DNA of 64,000 bases. It comes from a virus. This document shows positions 1 through 11,047 of the stretch, piece by piece (within the stretch, counting starts at the first letter, position 1; each line of letters begins with the position of its first letter). The position numbers were made by a program, and so were the translations under genes. The stretch spans positions 57,970-121,969 of IMG/VR virus record IMGVR_UViG_3300021400_000219, one strand, 5' to 3'. The notes beneath the pieces were generated by a model. It ran no database searches. It was not told where the DNA came from and saw only the letters and a list, made by a program, of their open reading frames with translations.

Positions 1-743
1 CATCATACATTTTATCACAACTAATATAACAAGCATCCGCAACCATAGAACGAGATTTACCAATTCCAGTAGGAGCAGATCGTAAATAAAACTTTTTAAG
101 TCTTGCGCCTCTTGTAACTGTATTAATTAAAGGTCCATATAAAGGAACTCCAACTTCTGGATTCTCTTTTAAATCCTTAATTAATTCTAAAATATTAGTT
201 CCAGCTTGTTGAGCTTCATCAATTACTTCATCTACATAACGCAAACGAATATCTTCAATGCGTTTATCTATTTTGTTTGCTAAATCAATTAATGAAGAAT
301 TATCTAAAGCTTCTTCTTGATGTTGACGCTTTTTAGTATCTAAAATATCATCAGGGTCATAAATATCAGTAACATCAATTCCATAAGAATCATAAGCTCT
401 TAATAAAGTAAATTTTTTAACACGATTATAATAATAATCAAAAGTGTTAGGAGTAGCATTTTCTGATATTTTTATTAACCATTCTTCACCTTTTTGCTGT
501 TTAAAAATAGCTTCACTCTTTGGACGAGCTGCAAGAAAATCTGCAATACTTGATAATGAAATTTCTTGTGCTCCTAATTCATGTAATTTAAAAATACATC
601 CAAAAGCAATCTTATGGAATTGGTCTGGAAAATCTTCATCAGTTAATGAATATTTATCTGTATAATCTAAAAGACGAGGATTATTAAAGACACTTCCTAT
701 TACCTGCATAATTGCTGGAATATCAACATACTTACTTGGCATC
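1..743 (-). CDS. DnaB-like replicative helicase, N-terminal part (gene continues beyond the window start)
   Basis: Minus-strand ORF with its ATG at 741-743 after a GAGGAGG RBS. Walker-A-like APTGIGKS follows a DnaB-type N-terminal domain. Only the 5' part lies in the window. Confidence 0.45.
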
Positions 744-1302
744 TTCAACCTCCTCGTCTAAAAATGTAAATATTTTTCTTTTTTTAGGTTGTCGCATAGG
801 TTCTTTAATTACAATATCAATATAATGGGGTGAATATTCTTCAATATTTTTATCAGCATTTTTCTATTTTAAAAGCCACTAATTATAATAATAATTATAA
901 GCTTCTTGATATACCCAAGGCACTATGCCAATTCCATTATTTGATTTTGATAAATCATTTTTCTTTACTTCATAAAAATATTTTAAGGTTCTTAAAATAC
1001 CTGAATAGGTATAATTATAATCCTATATAAATTTTTTAATCTGTAAAGTTATACGACCATCCATATGTTTTAAATTAAATAACTAAATAATATATTCTTC
1101 TAATGCTTGCCTATCTTGCTCTTCTTTTGCTTGCTCTTCTGATAAAGCACCAGCGCAAGAAGCATGAGCATATCTTCTTGTGTTTACTAAAACAGCTGGA
1201 TATTTATCTCTATCAAATCTTTTTTTACATATCGTACAAGTTACATAATGGGCCATTTAATCCCACCTTTAAAATAGCCCCCAATTAAGGGGGCTATTAA
1301 TT

Positions 1303-2277
1303 TTATAGTAAAGTAGCTTTAATTTCTTCATTAATAAGGTAAATAAATTCAGCTTGCTCACGAGTAGCTTCTGTAACCTTTTTACCCTTACCAAGATAAG
1401 TGTCAACAATTGCACTAATCTTCGTCGCATTACTTTGATTATTAGCCATCAGCTCATTAACCAAAGATGTAAATTCAGACATCAAAGCATCATAATCATA
1501 TTCATTTTCATTAATAGGAATAATCTTTTCAGGTTCATTAGTAACAGCATCAGAACCCTTTATCTCTTCTTCCTTGTTAATTGCGGCGGCAATTGCATTA
1601 GAAAGTGACTGATAAGAAAAATCAACTTCTGCAGGCATATACTTAATTCTACTCTTGCATTCTACAGATTCATCAGCACTACGAATAATCAACTTTCGAG
1701 AACCAGCTTCTACTGTTGCATAAGCTTCAATATCTACTAAGTTACGAACAATCTCATTATAAGTATTTGGACACGCTGGAACAATTTGATTATATTCAGT
1801 TCCATCTTTGCGCTTAAAAGTCTTATCCTTAGAATGAGAAATAAAGAAAATGGTATAGCCTTTCATTTGAATTGTATTCAAAACAGTTTCCCATTCCTTC
1901 TTTACCTTAGACCAACCATTAGTGGACCAACCACCATCTCCAATATTTTCAATACCAAGCTGACTACAGATATACTTTTCACAAAGTGCAGCAGCCTTAT
2001 CAACAGTATCAAAAATAATTACCTTAAAACGTTCCTTAATCTCTGGATCATCCAGCTGACGCAAAACTCCTCTAATATCAGTCCAAGAATTAATATCAAC
2101 AGGAGCTTCAACATTTAGTGCGCCATATCCTTTCTCAAATGCAAATAGCATAGAGTTAGGAATTTCACAAGCAAAGGTAGTCTTACCTACACCGCCAGGC
2201 CCATACATATAAATTGTATAACCATCTAAATTCTTACTAATTTTATGAGGTTTAATTGCTTTTAGATTAATTGCCAT
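1303..2277 (-). CDS. RecA-superfamily ATPase (Sak4-like or AAA family)
   Basis: P-loop YGPGGVGKTT and a hydrophobic Walker B IIFDTVD. Intact 324-aa ORF. Confidence 0.5.
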   Translation of the reverse strand: MAINLKAIKPHKISKNLDGYTIYMYGPGGVGKTTFACEIPNSMLFAFEKGYGALNVEAPVDINSWTDIRGVLRQLDDPEIKERFKVIIFDTVDKAAALCEKYICSQLGIENIGDGGWSTNGWSKVKKEWETVLNTIQMKGYTIFFISHSKDKTFKRKDGTEYNQIVPACPNTYNEIVRNLVDIEAYATVEAGSRKLIIRSADESVECKSRIKYMPAEVDFSYQSLSNAIAAAINKEEEIKGSDAVTNEPEKIIPINENEYDYDALMSEFTSLVNELMANNQSNATKISAIVDTYLGKGKKVTEATREQAEFIYLINEEIKATLL

Positions 2278-2331
2278 ATTATTTCATTTCCTTTTTATTT
2301 TATTTTTTAATTTAGATGATAGGTTGCAAAA

Positions 2332-3273
2332 TTAAAACTTAAAAGGAGCAGCTGTAGCAGTAGTTGTTGCCGCATTATTAGCAGCTTTCTGAGCCTTATA
2401 TTCATCCTGACGCTGCTTAATAGAAGCCAGATAAACTTCTCTATTAGCCATCATTTCAGTCAATTCTGCAGCGGTAAGAGTTTCTTCAGCATCCCAATCA
2501 TAAGGAACAGGATTACAACCAGTAACAACCCAATCCTTACGAGTGCTATTTACAACTCTCACTTCTGGTTCACCAAATGCACTTTCAGTTGTAATTTCAC
2601 GTCTAATAGTCTGAGAAAGTTGACGGCCCCAAACGCAAGTAAAAACAGGGTTAGTGCTTGTTGCACCAAGTCCAGTAAAATAATCCATGCCAGAAGGATT
2701 AGTTACACTAAACTCAATGGGCAAAACATCCTTGCGGAAATTAAAAGTGCAACCTCTAATAGTTACCTTCTCAGGAGTATTACGCTCTTCATCTGCATCG
2801 GTATGGACAACCGAAGTAATAAGCATATCACACTTAAAAGTATTATGAGTCTTTTCATCAGGATCAACAGAATCAATAGCGTGAACAAAACCGCCTTCAT
2901 TACGCTTCACAGAAACAAGTTCCTCAGAACCATTTCTATCAGAATAAAATTCATTAAGAGCAATAGCAGAATCAATTCTTACCTTAGCAGCAGAATCCTT
3001 ATCACTCATCATAATAGTCTTCATTTTACCATCAATAATATTCTTCAAAATACCAAAAGTAGCATTGTTACTACCACTCTTAGTTTTTTCAGTTACATAA
3101 GTAAAATGAACACTTACAATATTTGTACACTCTTCATCGGTTGCAATGTCAAGATTTCCCATAATAAAAGTAGTTCCAGGGGCTTTAGAATTTTCTCCTG
3201 TCACTCTCTCTTCCAGAGAATGTTCATAAATGTATCCTTCAATATGAGTTGTATTAATAAAATTCTTCTTCAT
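2332..3273 (-). CDS. hypothetical protein
   Basis: Intact 313-aa ORF in the minus-strand gene array. No family recognised. Confidence 0.5.
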   Translation of the reverse strand: MKKNFINTTHIEGYIYEHSLEERVTGENSKAPGTTFIMGNLDIATDEECTNIVSVHFTYVTEKTKSGSNNATFGILKNIIDGKMKTIMMSDKDSAAKVRIDSAIALNEFYSDRNGSEELVSVKRNEGGFVHAIDSVDPDEKTHNTFKCDMLITSVVHTDADEERNTPEKVTIRGCTFNFRKDVLPIEFSVTNPSGMDYFTGLGATSTNPVFTCVWGRQLSQTIRREITTESAFGEPEVRVVNSTRKDWVVTGCNPVPYDWDAEETLTAAELTEMMANREVYLASIKQRQDEYKAQKAANNAATTTATAAPFKF

Positions 3274-3289
3274 ATTATTTTATTTCTCC

Positions 3290-3637
3290 TTAATTTTCAA
3301 AAATAACTTCTTTTCCTTTTTCTGTTATACGATAAATTACTGGGTCTTGAGAAACCTTTTCTACATATCCATCAGATACAAGTTTACGAATACTACCAGA
3401 TACGGTGCGAGAAGAAATAAAAAGTTCTTCTGCAATATCTTTTGCTTTCCAAGTTTCTCTATCAGCATAGTCTTGTAAAAATTTAAGAATTAGCTTACCA
3501 TTATCTGTAAAAGCAGGCTTATTCTTTTTATCAGAACTATTCTTAAAAGTATTCCAATAATCTTCTAAATTTTCAGGAAGAGGATTTGTAGAAAAATTAC
3601 TTTCTACATAATCAATAAAATCAGATTTCAATGACAT
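3290..3637 (-). CDS. MarR-like winged-helix transcriptional regulator
   Basis: wHTH segment DIAEELFISSRTVSGSIRKLVSDGYVEKV. Start taken at the internal ATG 3635-3637, which has an AAAGG RBS. The promoter cassette lies immediately upstream. Confidence 0.55.
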   Translation of the reverse strand: MSLKSDFIDYVESNFSTNPLPENLEDYWNTFKNSSDKKNKPAFTDNGKLILKFLQDYADRETWKAKDIAEELFISSRTVSGSIRKLVSDGYVEKVSQDPVIYRITEKGKEVIFEN

Positions 3638-3650
3638 AAAATATACAACC

Positions 3651-3700
3651 TTTCTCATTTCTATATATATTATATCATTATTTTTTTATAAAATCAATTA
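3651..3700 (-). promoter_or_regulatory. P-cassette: sigma70-like promoter plus conserved leader
   Basis: Reverse complement contains TATAATATATATAGAAA. Sits upstream of gene 3290-3637. Confidence 0.6.
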
Positions 3701-4558
3701 AGAAATTTCATCTAAAAAAATTAATTCTTGAGCATAGGGCAGTCCTCGTGCAAAAGACATGAAAGCATCAGACCATTCAGTTAACTTATGATTACGACGC
3801 TGTCCTTTTGAACACATGCCTAAAAGATTTTCATAATTACAAGTCCAAGTCCTAGTTTGTAACCAACCTTCTGGTAACCAACGAATTAATTCTTTCCAAT
3901 AACGCTTATCTTTTGTTTCATTATACTTTTGTCTTAAAAATTCTAATTGTTCAATAAAAAATTCTGATAATTGTTTAATTGAATTTTCTCCGGCAGGAGT
4001 AAAAGCATCTTCTTCTTGCTTATAATAAATTAAATCTGGATTAAAATCATCAGTTTCAAAACATTTAAGTGTAATTGGAGTAGATGCTAATTTATGCATT
4101 GTAGAAGTAGAGTTGCTTACAGTTCCTACTTTATAAGTATCCATTTCTTTCCACCAATATAAAGGAGCTGTAATATCTACAGATACAAAAATCTAACGCA
4201 TAAATTTACGATGTTCAGAACCTGCTTTGATTAAACGCTATGCTAAAAATAAATCTTCTGGACCAATAAATGCACTTAAAAATGTATCATCAGGGCCCTC
4301 TTCTAAAGTTCCATTTTTTAAAAGCCAATCTATATAATGTTCATAACAACGTTCTGCATCTCTATTAGTAGGATATTCCTATTCCCAATTTGGATATTTT
4401 AAACTGGTCCAAGCAGATGCTATATCATCTAATTGATTAACATCCCAAATATTTGTAATACCAAACCAACTATCACTTTTATTCCAAGAGTTCATAGGAT
4501 TTCGCATTCCTCGGAACGCATTTTCAAAATTATAAACTTTGATATTCTCAAATTTCAT
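3698..4558 (-). CDS. ThyX-family protein (flavin-dependent thymidylate synthase fold) with a divergent RHR region; contains in-frame TAG codons
   Basis: ORF 3698-4144 and its upstream extension share one frame and are joined by three TAGs. Similar to Thermotoga ThyX at (GSEH..IFVS..APLYWW) and near the C-terminus (LPYAQELI versus HAQWEI). The RHR motif is not recognisable. ATG at 4556-4558 follows a GGAGG RBS. Confidence 0.5.
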
Positions 4559-4564
4559 TATGAG

Positions 4565-4873
4565 CCTCCGAGCTAGAAATAGTCACTGTCCCACAAATAT
4601 CCAAATTATCTTTATCAGTTGACATTCCAGTTAAAAATACTGTATCATAATTATTACTCTTAAAATCATCGATGGGTTTTGTTTCACAAGTAATTGAACT
4701 ACCAGAAGAAGAGGTTGTTATAGTAGTATAATTATAAGGGTTAGTTGTTGTAGGATATGTATATGTCCAGTTATTTACTGACCTGCGGCCATCCCAATAA
4801 GCCTCATTTAATAAATCCTATAATTCTTCTTTTGTAAATTCAATTTTTCCATAATTATTTAGTGTAAAAACTT
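4565..4873 (-). CDS. hypothetical Thr/Ser-rich protein with in-frame TAG
   Basis: Reading frame between ThyX-like and GIY-YIG genes; MIKVFTLNNYGK...; one TAG. Confidence 0.3.
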
Positions 4874-4884
4874 TAATCATAACA

Positions 4885-5922
4885 TCACCTCATAGAATAT
4901 CCATAGTCTTTTGCGTGATAAAATTCTTGCCAATATTGTTCTCTTTCATTTAATTGTAAAGGTTGACATTCTTCAATAACTTCAAATGTAAAATTTTCTG
5001 GACCAATTTCATACATTGCTGGATAAAGTTTATTACGTGTAGCTACTTCTGCGCCTATTCCACGTTTAATATGTTGACGCCATCTCTCAGCAATATTAAC
5101 TGCTTGTCCAACATAACACATCTAATTTTTAATATTAGTAATTTTATAAATACCAGTATGCTATCCCTATCCAATAACTCTACCAACTAAATCAGTATAA
5201 GGTCTTTCATAATAACACTTATAAATTACTTTATTAAGAGGAAGGCTATCTCTAAAATAAGGCAATATTTCTCTTAATCTTTTAATCTCTACCTAATCAC
5301 TTAAAGATAATTTTAAACGATAAAAAGAATCATCGTCTTCTTTTTGCTAAGTTCTTTTGGCTACTTCAATAGCTGCTGAAACTTTACTACGCTCATTTTC
5401 TAATTGATTTTTTAATTCATCAGTTTCTTGACGCAAAGAACCTAACTTAGAATATAATTTACTTGTCTATTCTTTAAAATCTTCTTTAGCATCTTCCAAA
5501 AGAGAAAGATAAGTTTTATTTATATCTTCTCTTCTTTGCTAAAGATTTTTACTTAAACGCTCCATTTCATGTTCATAGCTTTCTTGAGCGCTTTGTCTAG
5601 CAGTTTCATATATAGCTGCGGCCGCAGTTTTCTACTATTCAGTTAAATCTTTTAGATGTTCTTTAGTACGAGCAATTTCCTATTCTTTTAAATCAATATC
5701 TTTTATTAAAGTTTGTAAAATATCTCCACGCTGTTCTATTAACTACTAAATCTAGTTTGCCTAATCTTGCAAAGTATTAATACTTACTCTTAAACTATCT
5801 CGCTATATTACTAAAGCGGCATTAGATTCCTATATTTTTTGTAATTTTGGTTTTAATTTTAAATAGCAAATGCCGGCGCCCACTCCGCCTGCAGCTATAG
5901 TTAATAAAATTATAAAAATCAT
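4885..5922 (-). CDS. fusion protein: N-terminal transmembrane helix, long coiled coil and C-terminal GIY-YIG nuclease domain; about 19 in-frame TAG codons
   Basis: Frame checked codon by codon from the ATG at 5920-5922 down to the TGA at 4885-4887; no TAA or TGA in between. N-terminus MIFIILLTIAAGGVGAGICYL is hydrophobic. C-terminus GIYKITNIKN(TAG)MCYVGQAVNIAERWRQH is a canonical GIY-YIG motif. Confidence 0.6.
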
Positions 5923-5974
5923 AATAAGAAAAAAAGGGACAGCTTTATGCTGCCCCTATAGACTTTATATTAAA

Positions 5975-6238
5975 TTACTCTTCAGCAGTGGGATCAAAAG
6001 CCATACCAGCATCAGTCAGGCTTAGGAACTTAACCTGCTTATGAGTACCATCGGCAAGTTCAACCTCAGCAGGAGTACGAATGCCAAGACCCTTGCGCTG
6101 AATAGCGGATGTAAAAATACCATCAACGGAACGCTTCTCAAGACCGAGAGCATCAGCAACATCAGCAGCAGTTACATTCTGTCCATTAATCTGCTTCAAA
6201 TAATTCAAAACCTTAACACTATTTTCCTTCATAGCCAT
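5975..6238 (-). CDS. small hypothetical protein, possibly DNA-binding
   Basis: Intact 87-aa ORF. Confidence 0.4.
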   Translation of the reverse strand: MAMKENSVKVLNYLKQINGQNVTAADVADALGLEKRSVDGIFTSAIQRKGLGIRTPAEVELADGTHKQVKFLSLTDAGMAFDPTAEE

Positions 6239-6330
6239 AACAATAAATCTCCTTTAAATATATAAAATAAAATTATTTTTTTAAGTATCTCTACTTGATG
6301 TAAAAATTATATCAAAAAAATTTTTTTATG

Positions 6331-6522
6331 TCAAGAATTTTCTTCTAAAATTTCTTGAACTATTTCATCAACAATCATCATATCAAAAGGTGTTAATGAA
6401 CCAGAAATTGACATAATTTCATCTTTTGCACGCAGAACTTCTGCATGATCTTCATTTGCTTCAATAATAGATTCTAGCTTAGCGATTCGTTCCGCAAGCT
6501 TTTTCATTTCTTTCTTTTTCAT
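6331..6522 (-). CDS. small coiled-coil protein
   Basis: 63-aa ORF rich in K and E. Confidence 0.35.
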   Translation of the reverse strand: MKKKEMKKLAERIAKLESIIEANEDHAEVLRAKDEIMSISGSLTPFDMMIVDEIVQEILEENS

Positions 6523-6567
6523 TAATTTTTCTTCCTTAATTTTTACAAGATTATTATATAATTTTTT

Positions 6568-8520
6568 TTAACTTTTGTCAATTGAAAGCGTTATAATATT
6601 TTGTCCACTTACAATAGGTATACCCAACTTTTGAGCAGCCTGATTTTTTGATGAATTAGATGTTGAGTCATTTGTAATAAGATAATTTACATTTTTTGAA
6701 ATAGAAGATACAATCTTACCTCCATGAGCTTCAACAAATTCTTTTAATGCAGTTCTGTTTGTAAAAGGTGATACGGAACCAGTTACTGCAAATTTTAATC
6801 CATCAAACTCTTTATTATTAGCTTTTTCTTCTATTGGCAATATATTTAAAATATTATATAATTTATCTGCTTCTGTAAAATCAAATTCATGAATTTTTTT
6901 ATTTGTAATATCACCAAAATCAGGTAATTTAGTAAAATTAAAATTCTCATCCACAGCTTTACGAAAAGCATCATAAGATTTAAAAAATTGAGCTAATTGT
7001 TTTGAAGCAGTTTGACCAATTTGAGGAATGCTTAATGCACATAAAAATTTATCTAATGAACATTGTTTACTATTTTCAATGGCTGTTAAAATATTATTTA
7101 CAGAAGTTGGTCCAAAACCTGGCATTTTTATCCACTGAGAACGATATTGCTCAAGATTAAAAATATCTTCTAGTTTATTAATCCAAAATTCATCTATTAA
7201 TTTTCCAAGAGTAGCTTTAGAAAGTCCGCGAATATCTAATCCAGATTTACCGCAAAAATGTTCTAATTTATTAATAAATTTTCCTTCGCAATTAGGATTA
7301 GAACAATAGAGTTCTTCTGTGTCAAAATTTTTTCTTCTAATAGTTTTTTCTCCACAAATAGGACAAACTCCTGGAATATGAAAATAATCTTGTGCTTTAT
7401 CATCTTTCTCTGCACTATATATTTGAGGAATAATCTGATTAGCTTTATAAATTAAAAGATTTTCTCCAATAAATGGCTCTCCTAAAACTTCTTGCATAAT
7501 ACTTATATTATGTAAGTTTGCACGTTCAATGGTAGATCCATCTATTTCTACTGGTTTAAAAATAGCCACAGGTGTTAATACTCCGGTTCTACCCATTGTC
7601 CATTCAATACCTCTTAATGTAGTGGGGTATGTTTCATCGTATAGCTTATACGCAATTGCATTTTTAAAGTGATGAGCAGTTTCACCTAAAGATTTACCAA
7701 ATTTAATATCATCATATTTTACAACAATACCATCATATGGAATATCTTCTGACATTTCAATAATATCTTGTTTTAAAAATTCATCAAATGTGCTATGTTG
7801 AATCCAAGGAACTATTTGAAAACCTAGATGATTACAGGCATCTAATTTATTACTTAGCCAATGATAATTATCAAATCCTTTAATAACATCCCAAACTATG
7901 AAAGTTAAATTGCGTTTAGCACATTCATTACTATCTAATAATCTTATACTACCTGCTGCAAAATTACGGGGGTTTTTATAATCATTAGCAAATTTTTGAA
8001 AATCACTTTCTAAACAAACAATCTCTCCATCAACAATCAATTCATCTTTATAATTAATTTTATTTGGAATAGATGGAATTACTAAAGCATTATGAGTAAT
8101 ATCTTCTCCAATATAACCATTGCCACGAGTCTCCGCAGATATCAATTTACCATTTAAATATCTTAAAGAACAAGTTAAACCATCACATTTAGTCATTATT
8201 AAAACAATATGATTATGAACAAAATTATCAACTTCTATAATATTTTTAGTTTTATCTAAAGATAACATAGGATGATTATGTTCTACTTTTTTTAATTCAT
8301 TAACTACTTGATAAGAAATATTTTGAGTTGGAGAATGAGAAGGATAATAATGAGTCGCTTGTTCCCAATTAAGCAACTCAAAATACCATTTATCCCATTC
8401 TTCATCACTAATTTGTGGATTACCTTCATCATATGATTTAGTCCACTCATTTAATTGAGTAGCAACCTTATCCATATCAGTATGGCTCCAAATTGCATAA
8501 TCATTTAATAATTCATTCAT
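6568..8520 (-). CDS. ligA: NAD-dependent DNA ligase (LigA)
   Basis: KxDG adenylation motif (TKCDGLT), Cys4 zinc finger CPICGEK...CSNPNCEGK, HhH and a C-terminal BRCT-like domain. TAA stop, no TAG. Confidence 0.85.
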   Translation of the reverse strand: MNELLNDYAIWSHTDMDKVATQLNEWTKSYDEGNPQISDEEWDKWYFELLNWEQATHYYPSHSPTQNISYQVVNELKKVEHNHPMLSLDKTKNIIEVDNFVHNHIVLIMTKCDGLTCSLRYLNGKLISAETRGNGYIGEDITHNALVIPSIPNKINYKDELIVDGEIVCLESDFQKFANDYKNPRNFAAGSIRLLDSNECAKRNLTFIVWDVIKGFDNYHWLSNKLDACNHLGFQIVPWIQHSTFDEFLKQDIIEMSEDIPYDGIVVKYDDIKFGKSLGETAHHFKNAIAYKLYDETYPTTLRGIEWTMGRTGVLTPVAIFKPVEIDGSTIERANLHNISIMQEVLGEPFIGENLLIYKANQIIPQIYSAEKDDKAQDYFHIPGVCPICGEKTIRRKNFDTEELYCSNPNCEGKFINKLEHFCGKSGLDIRGLSKATLGKLIDEFWINKLEDIFNLEQYRSQWIKMPGFGPTSVNNILTAIENSKQCSLDKFLCALSIPQIGQTASKQLAQFFKSYDAFRKAVDENFNFTKLPDFGDITNKKIHEFDFTEADKLYNILNILPIEEKANNKEFDGLKFAVTGSVSPFTNRTALKEFVEAHGGKIVSSISKNVNYLITNDSTSNSSKNQAAQKLGIPIVSGQNIITLSIDKS

Positions 8521-10910
8521 ACTTTTGTCACACTCACAATTTGATTACCTTTAATAACAATTGTTCCAACTGAAGTTTTATTAACTACTTTTGCAATTTC
8601 ATTTGCTTTAATACATAAAGAACTTTTATTACCACAAATTAAAATCATATCATTATCAGATACTAAACTTGCGGCAACAACTTCTTCACCCTTCGCACAA
8701 ATATTACCACGTAAATTTCGACCTTGAATAGGTAATGCTTTCAATGCAAATCTACGCCCCATGCCATGTTTAGTAAATAGTGCTAAATCATCAGTTTCAT
8801 CCCGCACAGGTAAAGCACAAATAACTTCATCTTCTGGCCGCAGATTAATTCCTTTAATGCCCATAGATACTCTTCCTGTTGGAGTAAAATCAGAACCTTT
8901 TACTCTTAATCCATAACCATTTTTAGTGAGTAAAATAATACTTTCTTGATTGGCTAAAAAGACAGAAACTAATTCATCATTTTCATGGAAATTTAAAGCT
9001 TTAATACCACTCTTCTTTTTTACAGAGATATAATCACTTAAAGCAGTTCTTTTTACATAACCTTGCTTTGTAACAAAAACAATATATTTATCATCTGTTT
9101 CTCTATAAATAGAATAAATAATAGTGGGTTCTTCTTGAGGTTCCATGCTGACCAGAGCACGAACAGGTGTTCCCTTAGAAGTATTATTTCCTTCTGGAAT
9201 ATCATCAACAATTAAACGATACATATTGCCTTTATTGGTAAATATCATAAGGCTATCTACGGTATTAGTTCTTAAAACCATATTAGTTATATCGTCTTGT
9301 GTTTTAATTCCTTTTCCTCCCCGCCTTTGAGACCTGAATGAAGTAGCCGGTATGCGTTTAATATTGCCGCCTTCTGTGAATACGACAACACATTTTTCTG
9401 GTGGGATTGCGGCAATCTTTTTTTCTTCATTATTTTTAGGCTCCTCAATTTGAGTTAATTCAGTACGTCTTTCATCGCCATATTTATTTACAATATTATT
9501 TAAACGTAACCATAATTCATCTACTGGATTAGCTAATATTGCATTATAATGATCAATATCGTACTGGAGACTTGAGCATTCCTCTTGCAATTCAATTTTT
9601 TCTAAATTTGCTAAACGACCTAATTTCATTTCTACGATAGCATGAGCTTGGTCTTCTGTAAATTTATATTTATTTTGTAGTTGAGTTTTTGCATCCGCAG
9701 CTGATTTAGACTGTTTGATTAAAGCAATAATATTATCAATATCTTCTAAAGCTTTTAATAATCCTAAATTAATATCTAATTTACGTTCAGCCTTTTTTAA
9801 ATCAAACTCAGTTTCTCTTTTAATACATTCCGTATTATGTTTAACATAAATTTTACAACAATCTTTTAAATTTAATTCAGTCGGAGTTTTACTTACAAGA
9901 CCAACCATATTATAAGAGAAAGATGTTTGTAAATCAGTTAATTTAAATAATTGAAAAATAATCTTATTTAAATTAGCATTCTTTTCACATTCAAGAACTA
10001 AACGAAATCCCTTTTTACGAGTGCTTTCATTACGAATATGTTTAATCCCTTCAATATCTCCATTATCACAAACTTTACCAATTTGTTCCATAAGAGCTTC
10101 GGTAGCAACACCATAAGGAATTTCATAAAATACAATATTATTATTTTCAATATCGTATTTTCCTCTAATTTTAACGCTACCTCGGCCAGTTCGCATTATA
10201 TTGGGGATGTCATTTTTATTAATAATAATTCCACCTGTTGGAAAATCAGGTCCAGGTAACATAGGTTCTTTGCCATTAATATAATCATTAATAGCTTGTG
10301 CTACTTCTCTTAAATTATGAGGAGCCCAATTACAAGCCATGGCAACGCCAATACCAGTATTAGGATTACAAAGTAAATTAGGAAAATAAGATGGCAATGT
10401 TACAGGCTCTTCTTTAGTTTCAGAATAATTAGGAATTGTATTAACAACTCCTTTTTTCATTCCTACTAACATACCATCTTCTACCAAGGTAGATAATCTT
10501 GCTTCTGTATAACGATATGCCGCTGGACCATCTCCATCACGATTTCCTTTTGAACCATGAAAATCAATTAAAGGATAACGCATTACCCACTCTTGAGATA
10601 ATCTAACTAATGCACCATAAATAGAACTATCTCCGTGAGGATGCCAATCAGCCATAACATTACCAACAATATTAGCACATTTCACATGGGGCTTTTTTGA
10701 GCTAAAACCTTCATCATATGCACCATATAAAATTCTTTTTGCTACTGGCTTTAATCCAGAGGTTGCATCGGGGATGGCTCTATCTGTGTTAACAGCAACC
10801 GCATATTCTATAAAATTAGTACCAAGTTCAGTGACAAGGTCAGTTAGAATCTCGTTTGCCATAAAGTGTTTCCATCCTTTCTTTAAAATCTTCCATCGCT
10901 TCTTCGACAA
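8517..10910 (-). CDS. type II DNA topoisomerase large subunit (GyrA/ParC or T4 gp52-like)
   Basis: Active-site tyrosine region AAYRYTEARL. 797 aa, TGA stop. Confidence 0.85.
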   Translation of the reverse strand: MSKKRWKILKKGWKHFMANEILTDLVTELGTNFIEYAVAVNTDRAIPDATSGLKPVAKRILYGAYDEGFSSKKPHVKCANIVGNVMADWHPHGDSSIYGALVRLSQEWVMRYPLIDFHGSKGNRDGDGPAAYRYTEARLSTLVEDGMLVGMKKGVVNTIPNYSETKEEPVTLPSYFPNLLCNPNTGIGVAMACNWAPHNLREVAQAINDYINGKEPMLPGPDFPTGGIIINKNDIPNIMRTGRGSVKIRGKYDIENNNIVFYEIPYGVATEALMEQIGKVCDNGDIEGIKHIRNESTRKKGFRLVLECEKNANLNKIIFQLFKLTDLQTSFSYNMVGLVSKTPTELNLKDCCKIYVKHNTECIKRETEFDLKKAERKLDINLGLLKALEDIDNIIALIKQSKSAADAKTQLQNKYKFTEDQAHAIVEMKLGRLANLEKIELQEECSSLQYDIDHYNAILANPVDELWLRLNNIVNKYGDERRTELTQIEEPKNNEEKKIAAIPPEKCVVVFTEGGNIKRIPATSFRSQRRGGKGIKTQDDITNMVLRTNTVDSLMIFTNKGNMYRLIVDDIPEGNNTSKGTPVRALVSMEPQEEPTIIYSIYRETDDKYIVFVTKQGYVKRTALSDYISVKKKSGIKALNFHENDELVSVFLANQESIILLTKNGYGLRVKGSDFTPTGRVSMGIKGINLRPEDEVICALPVRDETDDLALFTKHGMGRRFALKALPIQGRNLRGNICAKGEEVVAASLVSDNDMILICGNKSSLCIKANEIAKVVNKTSVGTIVIKGNQIVSVTKV

Positions 10911-11047
10911 AATAAAGTTTTGTTAAAACCTCTTCCTTAGCTTCATCAGTCATTTTTTCGGAATAGTCTCCCCAATTTCTATATTGACCCTGTTTATATT
11001 GACCAACATAAAGAATATCTCCCCATTGGTTTCTTGCAGTGAGTCTA

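Noticed and set aside
2620-3306. Long antisense ORFs in the track (for example 2620-3306 plus, 24606-25145 plus, 31344-31775 plus, 38450-39163 plus, 55366-55848 plus, 56206-57216 plus)
   Set aside because: They oppose well-supported minus-strand genes. Their products are low-complexity and Ile/Asn/Phe-rich, typical of the reverse strand of AT-rich coding DNA. No promoter or RBS is present.
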